The notes under the pieces are model-generated. The model ran no database searches. It was not told the origin of the DNA and saw only the letters and a list, made by a program, of their open reading frames with translations. Below are positions 49,021 through 61,684 of a DNA stretch of 64,000 bases, in pieces (the stretch's first letter is position 1; each line of letters opens with the position of its first letter). Position numbers and translations under genes: made by a program. The stretch comes from Malacoraja senta (taxonomy: Eukaryota): the NCBI GenBank assembly GCA_038087875.1, contig CM075982.1, positions 60,698,001 through 60,762,000 of the forward strand. Direction: 5' to 3'.

Positions 49021-50824
49021 ACAATTTCTCATGCTCTTTTCTATTAATTTACTTGGATTCAGTTTTTTAATCTAAAGATACTGTGTATTTGCAGTCATTA
49101 CTCTAACGATGGGATAACGTTATTGTATTTATAAAATGAAAAATATAATGAAAACATGACAAAATTACTAATTAATGTAGATACCTTGAAATTTCTGTCT
49201 TAAGACTTATAGTTGTAGATAAATACCCTAACAAGATAGTCATAGAAAGTTATTGTATAAAAGGAAGTGATTTGGCATATTGTGTTTACAGCCTTTCCCT
49301 CAAAGACCTATTCACTTAGTTCCATTCCTCTAACGTTCTCATATTGTTTATATTTCAAGTATTTATCTATTTTCTGTATAAACAGGAAAATCATATTTTG
49401 TTTCCACCGCAGTATTTCATACAATGTTCTTTCTCTGGTCCATTAACTGTCCAGAGAAAATGAGGCCAACCTCTCCTGTTGTCCTGTTGTGATGTTGAAA
49501 TAAGTTAAACATTTCTCCTCAATTTCACCCAACTTTCGGATGATGGGGTATTAAAGCCAGAATCTACAACTTACAATTGCTTTTAATTTTGCTGGCACAT
49601 GAAAAAATCTTGATATTTAATAATGTAATATAATTATCATGTAAAATAGGAAAATATGGTTATGAAATGTGGTTGTGTAAAGTTTTTTTTTTAATCTGAT
49701 AACATATTAAAATTGTATTGTGAAATATTGATATTCCAGCTCTTTACCTGCGTGGAATATTGAAAGAATACATCAATATAATTGGGTGGAACCAAAGTTA
49801 CATTCCATACCAATGTAGCACTGATTGCTATTGGAATTACTCCATAAAATCATTCAACATATTTTCTTGACATATATTGGAAAGCTGATTTGATTTACTT
49901 TGAAAGCTAGTTCACTTTGATAATTATCTAATGCAATTTCTCATTGTTGTATTAAATAATTGAAGAAGGATTTTGATATGGTGTTACGAAGCTCCATTAA
50001 AATAACTCAAAATTATCTTTCTACTTGCTAACAAAGCATTTTTATGTCAAGAATATGTATGTGTAAAACTACACATACTTATTCAATGAGCATTATTTTC
50101 CAGCAGAAATAATGGTGGGGTTATTGGTGTTACAATGTTTAAGCATATATTAAACAGTGAGTTATATCAACTGCATTAGCACAATAAAAACTCCAGATGA
50201 GGAGGATACTACTGAAGTTCCTGCTCCTTGAGTCAAGTGCAGAACTCAACCAACATGGTATCTCGAAGAAAGGATTAGCGTTCAAATATACAGAATGACA
50301 CAAGGTTTGCTATAGTCTTGTTATGAAGAGCCATGAAACTCATTTGAAAAGATAACGACTTGTCAACTCCCGTATAGGTAGTTTTCTCACAGTGCAGTGT
50401 CTACATTTTTGAAAACTTAATCTGCAGACCATTGGAATTGAATGTTTGCAAGACCAAAATCTAACTCCTCTGAAGGTTATTTACTGTTAGAACGAACAAA
50501 TATCAGAAATTACATAGACGATTTTTAATGTAAATTTAAATACTCAATTTAATCCTTTTCTTCTCTTTATGTTGCTTTCTATAGTTAATTTCATGTTGAA
50601 TTAAACTTTCTAACTTACACTTCCTGATTAAAATTTTGAGTTCTTTGATAATTATTTAATCCAATTACTTAATGAATATCTGGTTGCTTTTCCTGTCCGC
50701 AGTGGACCAACCTTTCTTGGAAAGGGATAATGGAACTTTGGCTCCCCACTTCACAGTTAGTTCCAATAGAACTTCTGTGAGCAAGAGGAGATATAGTGAA
50801 AACTGTATGGTTGATTCTATTAGT

Positions 50825-50962
50825 GTTAGTTTAGAGATACAGCGCAGAAACAAGCCCTTCGGCCCACCAAGTCCACACCGACCAGCGATCCCCCCACACT
50901 AGTACTATCCTACACACTAGAGACAATTTACAGTCTTTACCGAAGCCAATTAACCTACAACC
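50825..50962 (-). mobile_element. V-SINE 3' half (5' part lost)
   Basis: Tail and body up to ccaattaacctacaa, then an abrupt switch to Penelope sequence. Confidence 0.8.
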
Positions 50963-50964
50963 CT

Positions 50965-51148
50965 GAGATAAAATGCAGGAGTAACTCAGCGGGACCGGCA
51001 GCATCTCTGGAGAGAAGCAATGGGTGACGTTTCGGGTCAAGGCCCTTCTTTTCAGACTGAAGAAGTCTCGACACGAAACGTCACCCATTCCTTCTCTCCA
51101 GAGATGCTGCCGGTCCCACTGAGTTACTCCAGCTTTGTGTCCATCTTC
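50965..51148. mobile_element. Penelope-derived head-to-head palindrome
   Basis: About 88-bp inverted arms centred on ttcagactgaa. Confidence 0.85.
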
Positions 51149-51283
51149 AAATGATGTCACGCGCTCCAGACGGCTGTGCGTACGCATAAAATCACGCGCG
51201 ACCTTCGTGGGACCATCGTTCCTCAACGCGACCATGAGGTCGTGTAATTTGCGTGCCAAGGACATGTAAGTGGGACAAGCCCT
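51149..51283. mobile_element. Right-end remnant of a Harbinger MITE
   Basis: CpG-rich segment ending gtgggacaagccct followed by TTA; no left TIR found. Confidence 0.65.
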
Positions 51284-51604
51284 TTAGACTATAAAACCAG
51301 CTCAGAGGCCAGGTATTATGCAATGAGAGACCCTACTGTATCTACAGCCACTTGCACCTGAAAGTCTATGGTGGCTTAGAGAAATCAGGTTTGGCAATGA
51401 CTGCTGGCCCTTCCAGTAACGCTTACATTACATAAATAAATACAAAATAAAACTGAGTCTTTAGTATATTTATATATACTGTCCATGTTATACCCCTGCC
51501 TTTTTATATGTGAGCAGCCAAAAACCAAGAATGTATTTTTGCCCTTAATAATTTAACATGAAATTAATATCACTAAAGATGCAAAAGGAAATTTATGAAC
51601 ATAC

Positions 51605-51930
51605 ACATTAGAAACAGGTGTCAGGCATTCTGTCCCCCATGCCTACTCAGTTATTCATTAAAATTGTAGCTGATCTGATTTTGACCTCAAACCCACATTG
51701 CTACCTCCTGCCTTTCACCCTTTTGCTTAACAATTATCCATCTACCACTGCCTTATAAATATTCACCCCCTTTGAGGTTGAGAATTCCAAAGAGTCTCAT
51801 TCTCCTGAGTGAAAATAAAGCAACTCATTGCTATCTTAAACGAGTGACCTTATTTTTAAATAGTGACACATAGTTCTTCAAGAGGAAGCAAATTCACCAA
51901 CATCCACCCTGACATGACCCTTCAGGATTT
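51605..51930 (-). mobile_element. Old CR1 3' fragment
   Basis: Degenerate reverse-complement CR1 tail (tagaaacagg...gctgatctg...gagaattccaaaga). Confidence 0.5.
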
Positions 51931-51933
51931 TGT

Positions 51934-52089
51934 GTAAGAAAGGACTGCAGATGCTGGTTTACACTGAAGATGGACACAAAATGCTGGAGTAGCTCAACGG
52001 GTCAGGCAGCATCTCTGGATCAGACTGATAAACGGCCTCAACCCGATACGTCACCTATTCATTTTCTACAGAGATGCTGCTTGTCCCCT
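51934..52089. mobile_element. Penelope-derived palindromic mini-insertion with 13-bp TSD
   Basis: Perfect TSD ttcaggattttgt (51921-51933, 52090-52102). Confidence 0.8.
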
Positions 52090-53555
52090 TTCAGGATTTT
52101 GTACGTTTTGAGTCATTTGTCACTATTAGAAATATCAAAATAAATATTACATTTCTGATCTTCTTGGCATGGAGTACCTTTGGATGCAGTGGGCTTACAC
52201 ATTTATTCTACTCTATATCTTTCAGCTACTGTATGTGGCAAGTGGAAGTCAAGAATAATAAAATTGTTTTCATTATAATGAAACCTATTACAGCTTTCCA
52301 CTGCCTTACTCAAAATGGAAGATAACTACTAATACAAAGAAGAAATATTTCAGAGAAACAAAATTGTTTGTGCATTTGAGATAGCAGAGATTAATTCCAT
52401 TCACTTCTAACGTCCTATGTCAGTGAATTTCAAGTATGCAGGAATAGATTTTGAAAATAACATTTCTGAAAAATTTGTACTTATTTTGTGATTGTTCTGC
52501 TGAATTGTATAACTTGCTGCATTCTCTGGTGTCCTTCCAGGTTATTAACTGCAGTAAAGGACTTAGCACTTATATAGGTTGCCACTAAGTATGGCATCAA
52601 TTTCAATATGTGTTCATGTTTAATATTGACTACTGGTCATTTAATACCTCTTCCTCAGCAGTCTGCAATGGTTCAACTTTATCTCTATATAACCTATTGA
52701 TAAAAAGTGAAAAAAAAACCTCCAGAATGTGAGGCCAACAGGTTAAGTCTCTGAGAGTTTTATCATTCTGTCAAACCAGTCAAGTCCTATGCTTTTGATG
52801 TGAGGCGTATATATATTTCATGGCCCAATCACAATTTCACATGTTCAAACCATATCACAAATTCCTACAGAGTACTCTCTGGCTTTTTAAAAAAAATATC
52901 CATGTAAAGGTAAGTGTTCAGGATTTGTAGAAATGAGGCTCACCCCTTCACTGTGACCAAGTTCAATGGATCAGAAAGGGTTCATTGAAAATCCACTCGA
53001 GCACAGCACAGCAAAAATATAACTAGAATGTAAGTGTTATCACTGGGCCTTCATGGAAGTAAGGGTTGTAATAATAGTCAATGATTATTCAATAACTTGC
53101 ATCCATAAAGAAACATGAACAATGTCAAAAGATATCCTAATGTGCTCAGTAACTGCAAAAGGAAGAAATGAGAATAAAGCCAATCCTTAGAAAAATATTT
53201 GGAACAGGATTTGGTCACGTGCTCCGGCTCCCATTTCCTCATTAAGTACATGCATTAAATTTTAGATATATAATTCCCCCATTTAAAAGATGGACTCAGA
53301 ATTGTTTAGAAAGGTTTTAAGCTTTTGGCTGTTGATATTGCCATTGCAATTTCTGCTGAATAGACTGGACAAGGCTTGAATTTTTCACTTATTTTGGTTC
53401 TGTTAGGGGATGTTATATCATCATTATAACGTTGCTACAGGCAAAAGCAAAATTGTATTTCTTTAATGAACCACAACTTAATTGGAAATGAACACATAAT
53501 GTATACCAGCTGCCCATCCAAAGTTCCCAGTCACTTGACTGCCAAGTCCACTACA

Positions 53556-53696
53556 AAGACAGACACAAAATGCTGGAGTAACTCAGCGGGACAGGAGGAA
53601 TAGGTGACGTTTCGGGGTGGAGCCCCTTCTTCAGAGTTACTACAGCATTTTGTGTCTGTCTTTGGTTTAAACCAACATCTGTAATTCCCTCATACA
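53556..53696. mobile_element. Penelope-derived collapsed palindrome with 13-bp TSD
   Basis: TSD caagtc(c/t)actaca (53543-53555, 53697-53709). Confidence 0.8.
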
Positions 53697-56061
53697 CAAG
53701 TCTACTACATATGTGACTGGTCAGTGGTTAATGCATTTTAAGCACTCCTGAAACAGTGCTTTAGTTAACACAGTGAAACATTTTGCCAGCTCAGGGTTTT
53801 ATCAATGTTAAATAATATACTTTCTAAGAAGATCTACTGGAATATTTTTCAGTTATTACCATCAGCAAATCAAAAAAGATTCAAACCCTAAATGTACATG
53901 AAATAAACTCTAAAATATACATGAATGTAACTATTACTCTGTCCCTACTTGATGAAAAAAACAGCCCTGGACAATATTGGGGTGATTGTGAGATGTCTGA
54001 CAAACCTACCCACATGTACTGTGCTGACATGGAAATTCCATGTTTCTTACATTTATTCTGATCCCCAAAATGAGAAAGAAAGCTGAGAAACAGCACAACA
54101 TGCAAGAGAGATTTTAAACATTCCTTTTGTTTGGGAAGAGAAAAGGAGGTAAAACAGGGAATGGCTGAGAAGGCACGCAGGTTGCAGGTCTGTTGTATGC
54201 TTACATGGTTGAAGTGCATATTGCATGAGGTTAGGGTTTATTTTTAAGTTTTCATTGTAATGTAATTAAATGCAATTGCAGAAATAAACTAATGTTTGAA
54301 AAGCTTTATTAATGATTGTAATGTAAAAATGACTTGTGTGAATAGAAAATGTAGAAGCAAAATTATCTCTGCTGGGAAATTTCCCTGCACTGTGCAATCT
54401 TTTATTTTAACTAATCTTATTTAGGTATTTTACTGGGGTCAAAATTGGACTGGGGTAGTTTTACGTGATTTGCCCAGCGCCCTGTTAATGCAGTGCTGGT
54501 CTCTCATTGTTGTGATTCCTGCAGCCATGAGCATTCTTCATGCTATTGATTTCCTGATGACCTAACCGCAGAGCTTAATTCCATCATTGGCTGGCATCAA
54601 TTTCAGCACTGATTAAAGCCAACCCACTCCTTGAAGGGGAGATGCATTGTAGCTGAAACCAGTGGGGAAATCACTTTGAACACTCGTTGGAACTGATAGC
54701 AGAACATGAGTGAGCATGGATACCCAAATGGGTCTCCACTTTGATCGATATGCGCAGCAGCTGAGGTGGGCTGGTGGTGGAAGGAATGATTATAATGGCT
54801 TAATCCCGACTCCTGGTTCATTGGATTGAATCAATCCACATATAAATGCATTGTTATTGTTCGTAAAGTGCCAGGTAGTGTTTATACCAAGCAGAATCAA
54901 CAGTGTAATTGTTAGACTGTTGAGTATGATATAAACTTAGCTGTTACTGTTGTAATAGATTACTTCCAGTTCCATAAATCATTTCATGCTTAAAAGCAAA
55001 GAAAGAAATTGGAAGGGAGTAATTAATTTTCGAGACCTACTACATAATTGAGAACATGCTGTCAAATTTGTACGAGTTAATTTAATTTCTCCTTGACTCC
55101 CTAAGAATTCTATTGACATGTTTTTAAAAGAGCTTTCTACTACACCTAGCTGGGGGATCAACTTTTATGTACTTTAATTACTGCAAAGAAATCTCTAAAG
55201 AGAGTTATTATAGCCAGGATCAGATTTGACCTGACAAATGAATAAGAATTACCCCCAAAAAATCTTACGACAACAAGCTTTAATTTGGGATCTATTGGGA
55301 GATATTTCAAAAAGAAAGATGAATTCTGCATAAAATCAGTGCAGTTTGATTTTTTTTAAATTCAATTTGATTGCACAATGTCATTTTTATATTCACATAA
55401 AAAGATGATAGCTGGTTTGGACTTACTGCCATCTTCTCCACTGATATTTATAGCTAACACTATGACGTTTATAGGGATGGCTGAGTTATATGATAATGCT
55501 ACGTAGGCTTAATTTTTGATGTATTAAATGCAGGTCATTTTAATCTGATCCAGGAACTGTATAATGGTTTTAATCATTAAAAAATATTTTTAATGGAAGT
55601 GCTTGTTTATTGTTTAAACTCCCTGAATCATTTATAAGATCTGCATACTCAATGGGAAGATGTCGCCCATTCAAGAGAGGTTGTTTTGTTCTATAGACAG
55701 CTTTGAATATACCTAGCAAAAATATGAATAGAGCAAAATCTTATAAGGTTTATTCTATACAAAGTATGAGCAGAGGTACTGAGGTCATACTTAAAAATAA
55801 ACCTAACACATATTTGGCCCTAATTACAGATCGCTATGATTTGAACTTCCTTTGAGGTAATAAATCTAATCTGTACATCGAGCATGTGTGCAAATTAGTT
55901 GGAATGGTTGTGAAACAGCATCTATGGACATACCCACTCCCACCAAGAATGGGAATTACACTGGCTGGTATATAATGGCTTGTTGCAGGATAGCTCATGT
56001 AACAACATAGAGAGTGCACAGGTTCTCATATGCAACAGTGGAGATCCTGGTGGAAGAGATA

Positions 56062-56244
56062 GGGCGACACAGTGGCACAGCAGTAGAGTTGCTGCCTCAC
56101 AGCGCCAGAGAGCTAGGTTTGATCCTGAATACAGGTGCTGTCTGGACGGAGTTTGTACGTTCTCCCTGTGATCATGTTGGTTTTCTCCGGGTACTCCTGT
56201 TTCCTCCCACACTCCCAAGACGTACAGGTTTGCAGGTTAATTGG
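56062..56244 (+). mobile_element. V-SINE 5' portion
   Basis: tRNA head and V-domain, tail missing. Confidence 0.82.
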
Positions 56245-59065
56245 CAATCGGCAGGTTAATCCACAAAGATTTTTGCTATCTCCCGAGCACCTTGCACGTA
56301 AAGTGCAACTTAGAAACAAGAGGCTTTATCTGCAGCAGAGTACAATTTCAGAGGACTTTACTTCTAAACTTTTGGTTGTGACCTCCAGCATTTCTGTTAA
56401 GAACTGTGGACGATGTGGGATGTAATACTGGCATCCCAGACCAGCTATTCACAGGGCAGTTTAATCTTAGTAACTACTCGGGGAACAGGAGATACTCTCC
56501 ATTTGCATTTGTAAACCCATCTTCTAAGTCCAAACTCTATCTTCTCCTTATTAATGAAACTCTTAGATTGAGGAAGATTTATTTCCACTCTGATTTAGTG
56601 CATTCTGAAATGGCTGATGAACACAATGTGGGAACTGCAGGTTCTTCCAGAGGCAGGGGATGTTTGACCGGGGCACATGGATAAGTGGTTTTTTAGATGG
56701 TCCGCTCTTGCCATTGCTTACTTATGTGTGCTCCCAATGCAAGGCATCAACGTTCCCAATACCACAGTGAATGCCATTTCTTCCCTCTGAGTGGTCAAGA
56801 GGCAGAGATTTGCCAAGAAAATCAAGTTCAACAAGCCTTCTATCTTTTCCTCTGCCCAGCTGCAAAGTCCTTCCAATAAAAGGGCTCGGGGTAGAATGTC
56901 TGTTTTTGGTGTCCTATGTCGGGCATATGAACAACATGGCCAGCACAGCATAGCAAACTGTATGTCGGGTCTCAAAGCTGAAATGTTAGCCGAGGAGTGG
57001 ACACTGAAATTGGTTGCTAATCCATTCAGTGAATTTGTAGGATATTGCGGAAAGAGCCATCATGGTATCTTTTCAACCTGCTGTTGTTAGACCAAGTTCC
57101 AGAAGCATAAAGGAGGGTAGGGATCATTGCTAACTGGTAGACCATGTGTTTTCTGCCAAGTCTGAGATGTTGATCTTTAAACACCTCTTCCCACAGTCAA
57201 CGAAAGACTGCGGTGGCACGTTGAAAGTGGTGGAGAAAGTCCATGATCAATGGCGGCCTTCAATGTGTTGCAGCAGGGGCAGTTTAATAAAGGACACTTA
57301 TCTTGTGAATGTTCAGTGTTACACTGGCAACTGTTGGATTGTGTGTACCTATAAAGGCCATCCACAATATTGAATGTTGCAATGCTGATTTTGGTGTCAA
57401 CTGAAACCTTAGTTGCAATTCATAGATTGATACAGCAAGAAAACTAATCTTCCGACCCTTTAAGTCTGCACTGACCATCAAACGCCCATCTACAATAATG
57501 GCTTTTAAGAAAAATTCTTCTTACATTCCCATCAACTCACTTGCACTCTAGGGATAATTTACAGTGGCTAATCAACTTACCATCTTCTCCATAGCTTCAT
57601 GATCTTCTTTGTAGTTCTAAAGTAAAACAAATAGAGTTTTGTAAAGAAAGTATTTTGAAAGTCAAGCAAATGCTTTAGTGTTTCTGCACTGCTGAATCAT
57701 TTATCATTACCTTATTTCCCTCAGTTAACCCAGTTCCTAGTTAGGAACTGTACACAACAGTAGCTCTAATACTGATTCAATAGTAAATAATTTTGAATGT
57801 TACTTAGTCTGAAATTAATAAGCCCTGTCATTTACTGGGCAAAATAATACATGAAAGCAAAGATGTAGAAGTTTTTTTTGAGAAAGCGTAATTAAAGAGT
57901 AAAAATGGAAGAAAAGGCAACTCTAAATTATGCTCTAAATTATGAATTTACCTTTTTTTATACCAGAAAATTAATCATGGTTCAGAACTAAAATAATTTG
58001 AATTTAAGAGGCAGTATACTGTTTTTCCAGAATATTTAGTCATTGAAAATGCAGAAGAATTGAATTGAATATATTCCATGTGTGTGCTCTCCAACTCTAT
58101 TCTGTGTGGAGATTTGCAAACAAACACTAGACCACCATTCAGAGATTTAAATCCCTTTAATTCAAGGCAGTTTTCTTTCCTGAGAGTCAATAGACTGTCC
58201 ATACTGCATGGGACAGAGGAAATTGTAAAGATGATTATCCTTCACATTACCTCTACTATTCTTCATGAAGAAATGGCACTCCATGTAACTTCTGAACAAT
58301 GTATTGAGAAATGTTCTTCATGGTCCACAGTCTCTTTCACTTCACAACAGATGATGTCAATGCTGCAAACTGTTTTGACTGGAGCAAATCGTCCTCCCTT
58401 GTCAAGGCAAGGAGATGGCTAATGGTAAAAAAAAACAATATAGAGGTCGATGAGGCATTGGAAGTGATTTTGTGGACATTGATCTGTCAACGACATGGAC
58501 TGAGATGTGGTGAAGAATATGTTTTATAGATTGTACTTTACCTCTGCATTTACATTTCCAATCAGTTCAAGGCAGGTCATTCTTTCTATGAGTGCAAAGG
58601 CAGTTCAGACGTAAAGTCTGGATAAGGTTTATCTTCTGATGTTGGTCCAGGCAGCTCCACACTCATGCTCAGCAGCATTTAGGAGAGAGATAAGGTCATC
58701 AAAATGCTCCAGCAGTTCTTTAGGCTTTCTAGAGATCTTGGTAAAGCAATCATACTCAGTGAGACCTCTCGTATGTTAAAACAAATGCAGCTGGAATTAA
58801 ATATGTTAGGTAGCTTCTTAAAAACATGTTGTGGAATTTAGCTTCTCAGGATGTGCTGTCTACCCCTTGCTTCTGATTTTAATCTGCTCCTTTAAGCATT
58901 TTGGAAACTGGGAGTTCTTAGTTATTCAAAGGATAAATGGGCGAAATGTCGGGTTTTGATGAGAGATGGGTTATAAAGGGAAGGTGTGTGTTTGCACCAT
59001 TTGTGGCTTGGAGATGCAGAGGTTATGGTATGAAGAGGAAATGGGATACAAAAAAAAGTGAAAGG

Positions 59066-60245
59066 GGCACCAAATGCGGGAGTTACTCAATGGGTCAGGC
59101 ACCATCTCTGGAAAAAATGGATAAGTGACATTTCGGGTCAGGGCCCTTCTTCAGACTGATTGTAGTAAGGAGAGTGGGGGGGGGGGAGGGGGAGGACTTA
59201 AAGAGAGATAAAAACAGGACAAATCAGGGCCAGCAATAGTTGACCTCAGGCAAGAAGGTTGCCTGATAGGCCAATTGTGGGCTAGAGACAAGTGTGAGCC
59301 CAAGAGGGATACATAGTTGTGAACTGTGGAGACTTTTACTGGAGGGGGGAGGGTGAAGAGGGAGCTGTTGATAGAAGTTACAAAAAAAATTAACATCCAA
59401 CATTCATACTGCGAGGGTGTAGGCTACCCGTGAAATATGAGGTGCTGCTCCTCCAATTTGTATGTGGCCTCATTCTAGCAATGCAGGCGGCCCAGAACAG
59501 AAAGGTCATTATGGGAATGGGAAGGAGAGTTAAAGTGGTTACCAACTGGAAGATCCAGTAGGCCTTGGCGGACCGAACTCATGTGTTCAACAAAACGATC
59601 CACGCATGGTGTCACCAATGTACAGGAGCCCACATCGGGAACACCAAATGCAGTAGATGAAGTTAGAGGAGGTGTGTGTGTATCTCTGTCTCACCTGGAA
59701 GGACTGCTGAGACCCCTGTAGGGAGTCAAGGGAGGAGGTATAAGTACAGGTGTGTACATCTCCTGTGGTTGCAGGGAAAAATATCTGGGGAGAGGGTGGT
59801 TTGAGTGGGAAGGGATGGGTGAACCAAGGAGTTGCGGAGGAAGCCGTCTCTACGCAAGGTGGAGATGGGAAGATATGATTAGTGGTGGGATCTCATTGGA
59901 GGTGATGGAAATGTCAGAGGATGATATGTTGGATGCAGAGGCTGGTTGGGTGTCAGAAGACCAGAGGAACTCTGTCCTTGTTGGCTCTGGGGATAGAGTG
60001 AGTGAGCGCAGAACTCCGGGACACAGAAGAGACAAGGGTGATGGAACCATCTATGGCAACTGGGAGGGAAACCAGGTTTTCTAAAGAATGAGGAAATCTT
60101 AGATGTCGTATGGAAAGCCTCTTCTTGGGAGAAGCTGTGGCAGAGACAGAGGAATTGAGAGTAGGGGATAGCATCTTTGCAAGAGGCAAGGTGGGAGGAG
60201 GTGTAGCCAAGATAACTGTGGGGGTTGGTAGGCATGTCCACTAAG
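59066..60245 (-). mobile_element. Penelope-like retroelement 3' half (RT thumb/linker, GIY-YIG endonuclease, 3' terminus), degraded
   Basis: Minus strand reads PTNPHSYLGYTSSHLASCKDAIPYSQFL, then NFIYCIWCSRCGLLYIG (GIY-YIG motif, about 59615-59663), then DLPVGNHFNSPSHSH...LEEQHLIF, then UTR and ctgaagaagggccctgacccgaaatgtc. Confidence 0.85.
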
Positions 60246-60256
60246 TCTAGTTCCTG

Positions 60257-60351
60257 GTAGACACAAAATGCTGGAGTAACTCAGCGGGACAGGCAGCATC
60301 TCTGGAGAGAAGCAATGGGTGACATTTCAGGTCGAGACCTTTCTTCAGACT
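60257..60351 (-). mobile_element. Second Penelope terminal unit directly upstream of the 59066-60245 element, same orientation
   Basis: Reverse complement is ctgaagaaaggtctcgacctgaaatgtcacccattgcttctctccagagatgctgcc...cattttgtgtctac. Confidence 0.78.
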
Positions 60352-61664
60352 GGTCTCTTTGTTTAGTCCCTGTATTGTTTTATATTTTCTAATTTCCTTT
60401 GATAGGTTTGAGATACAATATTGGTCCTTTGACCCAAGAGGTAAGATTAGACCTCCCCTCCCCACACTGGGGTCTACTCTCCAAATCCCAAACTCCTCAT
60501 ACGTGATCCTCATAATTTATCCTTTGGTCTTTTACCTCACGGCTAAGGAATTCTTTAGTGCACAACTGAAAGTTTTGTCTATCTGGAATGTATCCAACTT
60601 CCAGTTAGCTGCTACTTCCCACCATGTTTTGTGTGAGAGGTGGACAGAGATACTACAGATGTGGTGCAGAGGTTAAATCACTCTTGTTTCATTATACCCA
60701 CGTTGAGATGGATAGTTCCTAATTTCATAGTGGACAACTATGTCCAATCTGAATATCAGAAGGAAAAGCTTCTCATACTTGTATAAAGTGCAGTCATCTG
60801 AAAGGCTGCTCCTTGTGTACAGGAATTCATCATCATTGTTGATGAACTAGAATCGATGGATCATGCACATGGCTGGAGAAAATTGATTTACTTACTGCTC
60901 CTCCGTAATGTTCCAGTTTAGTGTGTGTCCCAGTTAATTGCACTCAGCTGCAAGATTTGCCTGGCCTTAATAAATTCCTTTTATGGAATTCAAAAGAGAA
61001 ACAATCCCTCAGTATGAAATGGCTAGTGTGAAAAACAGGTGTAATGTTATGCATAAGCATAAAAAAACATCTATAATAAACATAATTATACCAGGCATAT
61101 CACACCAGTGTAGACAGAAGATCACTACTGACACGAAGGTTAAAGCACATGATTGCACTTGTACAGCAAAACCACTAGTATGCCCACAGCTATACAGTAC
61201 CTGTTCAGAGAATATTTGATGCAGATTCACGGTGATGATAGTGAATTTTTTTTTCCCATTGACATCCCTCCTATTAATGAGGACAGAATTGACCAAACGT
61301 AAGCAGTGATATAATTTATTGCCTTCAATCGAACAAAACCGTTTCAGTATTGTATTTTGTCGTTCTTTTAAATACACAATTAAAATGCTGGATGCGTCGC
61401 TATTTTAATGAGATTATGTTTGAATTGGTCTCATCTTCCATTTTGCAACCAAATCCATCATTGCGCGGTTTTAGGGATTAGGAAAGAGAAGACAACTGGG
61501 CATGTAAAGTGATTGTACTGAAATCGGGAGATTGAACCTCATCAGGTTAAACATGACTGGGGAAGAGAAGGGGTGGGGAGGGCAGAGGTCGGGGGGGGGG
61601 GGTCATATTTTGTGCCAATGTTGCAGATTTCTGTTCTGGTTCAATTTCTGCCAATTACAATGTC

Positions 61665-61684
61665 CATCTTAATTTATATTTCAG
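61665..61684 (+). promoter_or_regulatory. 3' splice acceptor of the TSHZ2 large exon
   Basis: T-rich tract ending TTTTCAG directly before TT-TAT-GTC-CCG (x-Y-V-P), where vertebrate TSHZ exon 2 begins in phase 1. Confidence 0.8.

Larger units (their letters stand above)
1..61684 (+). other. Probable 3' part of the long TSHZ2 intron upstream of the large exon
   Basis: No other host exon recognised and the short MPRRKQ-type first exon was not seen. Vertebrate TSHZ genes have a short first exon separated from the large exon by a very long intron. Confidence 0.7.

Noticed and set aside
28443-51082. Apparent selection against intact hammerhead cores on the TSHZ2 sense strand
   Set aside because: All sense copies have lesions, but so do most antisense copies, many consistent with CpG decay; too few copies to infer strand-biased selection
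56420-57380. Possibly an old repeat or exon-like region with several short ORFs
   Set aside because: No motif or family I could identify with confidence
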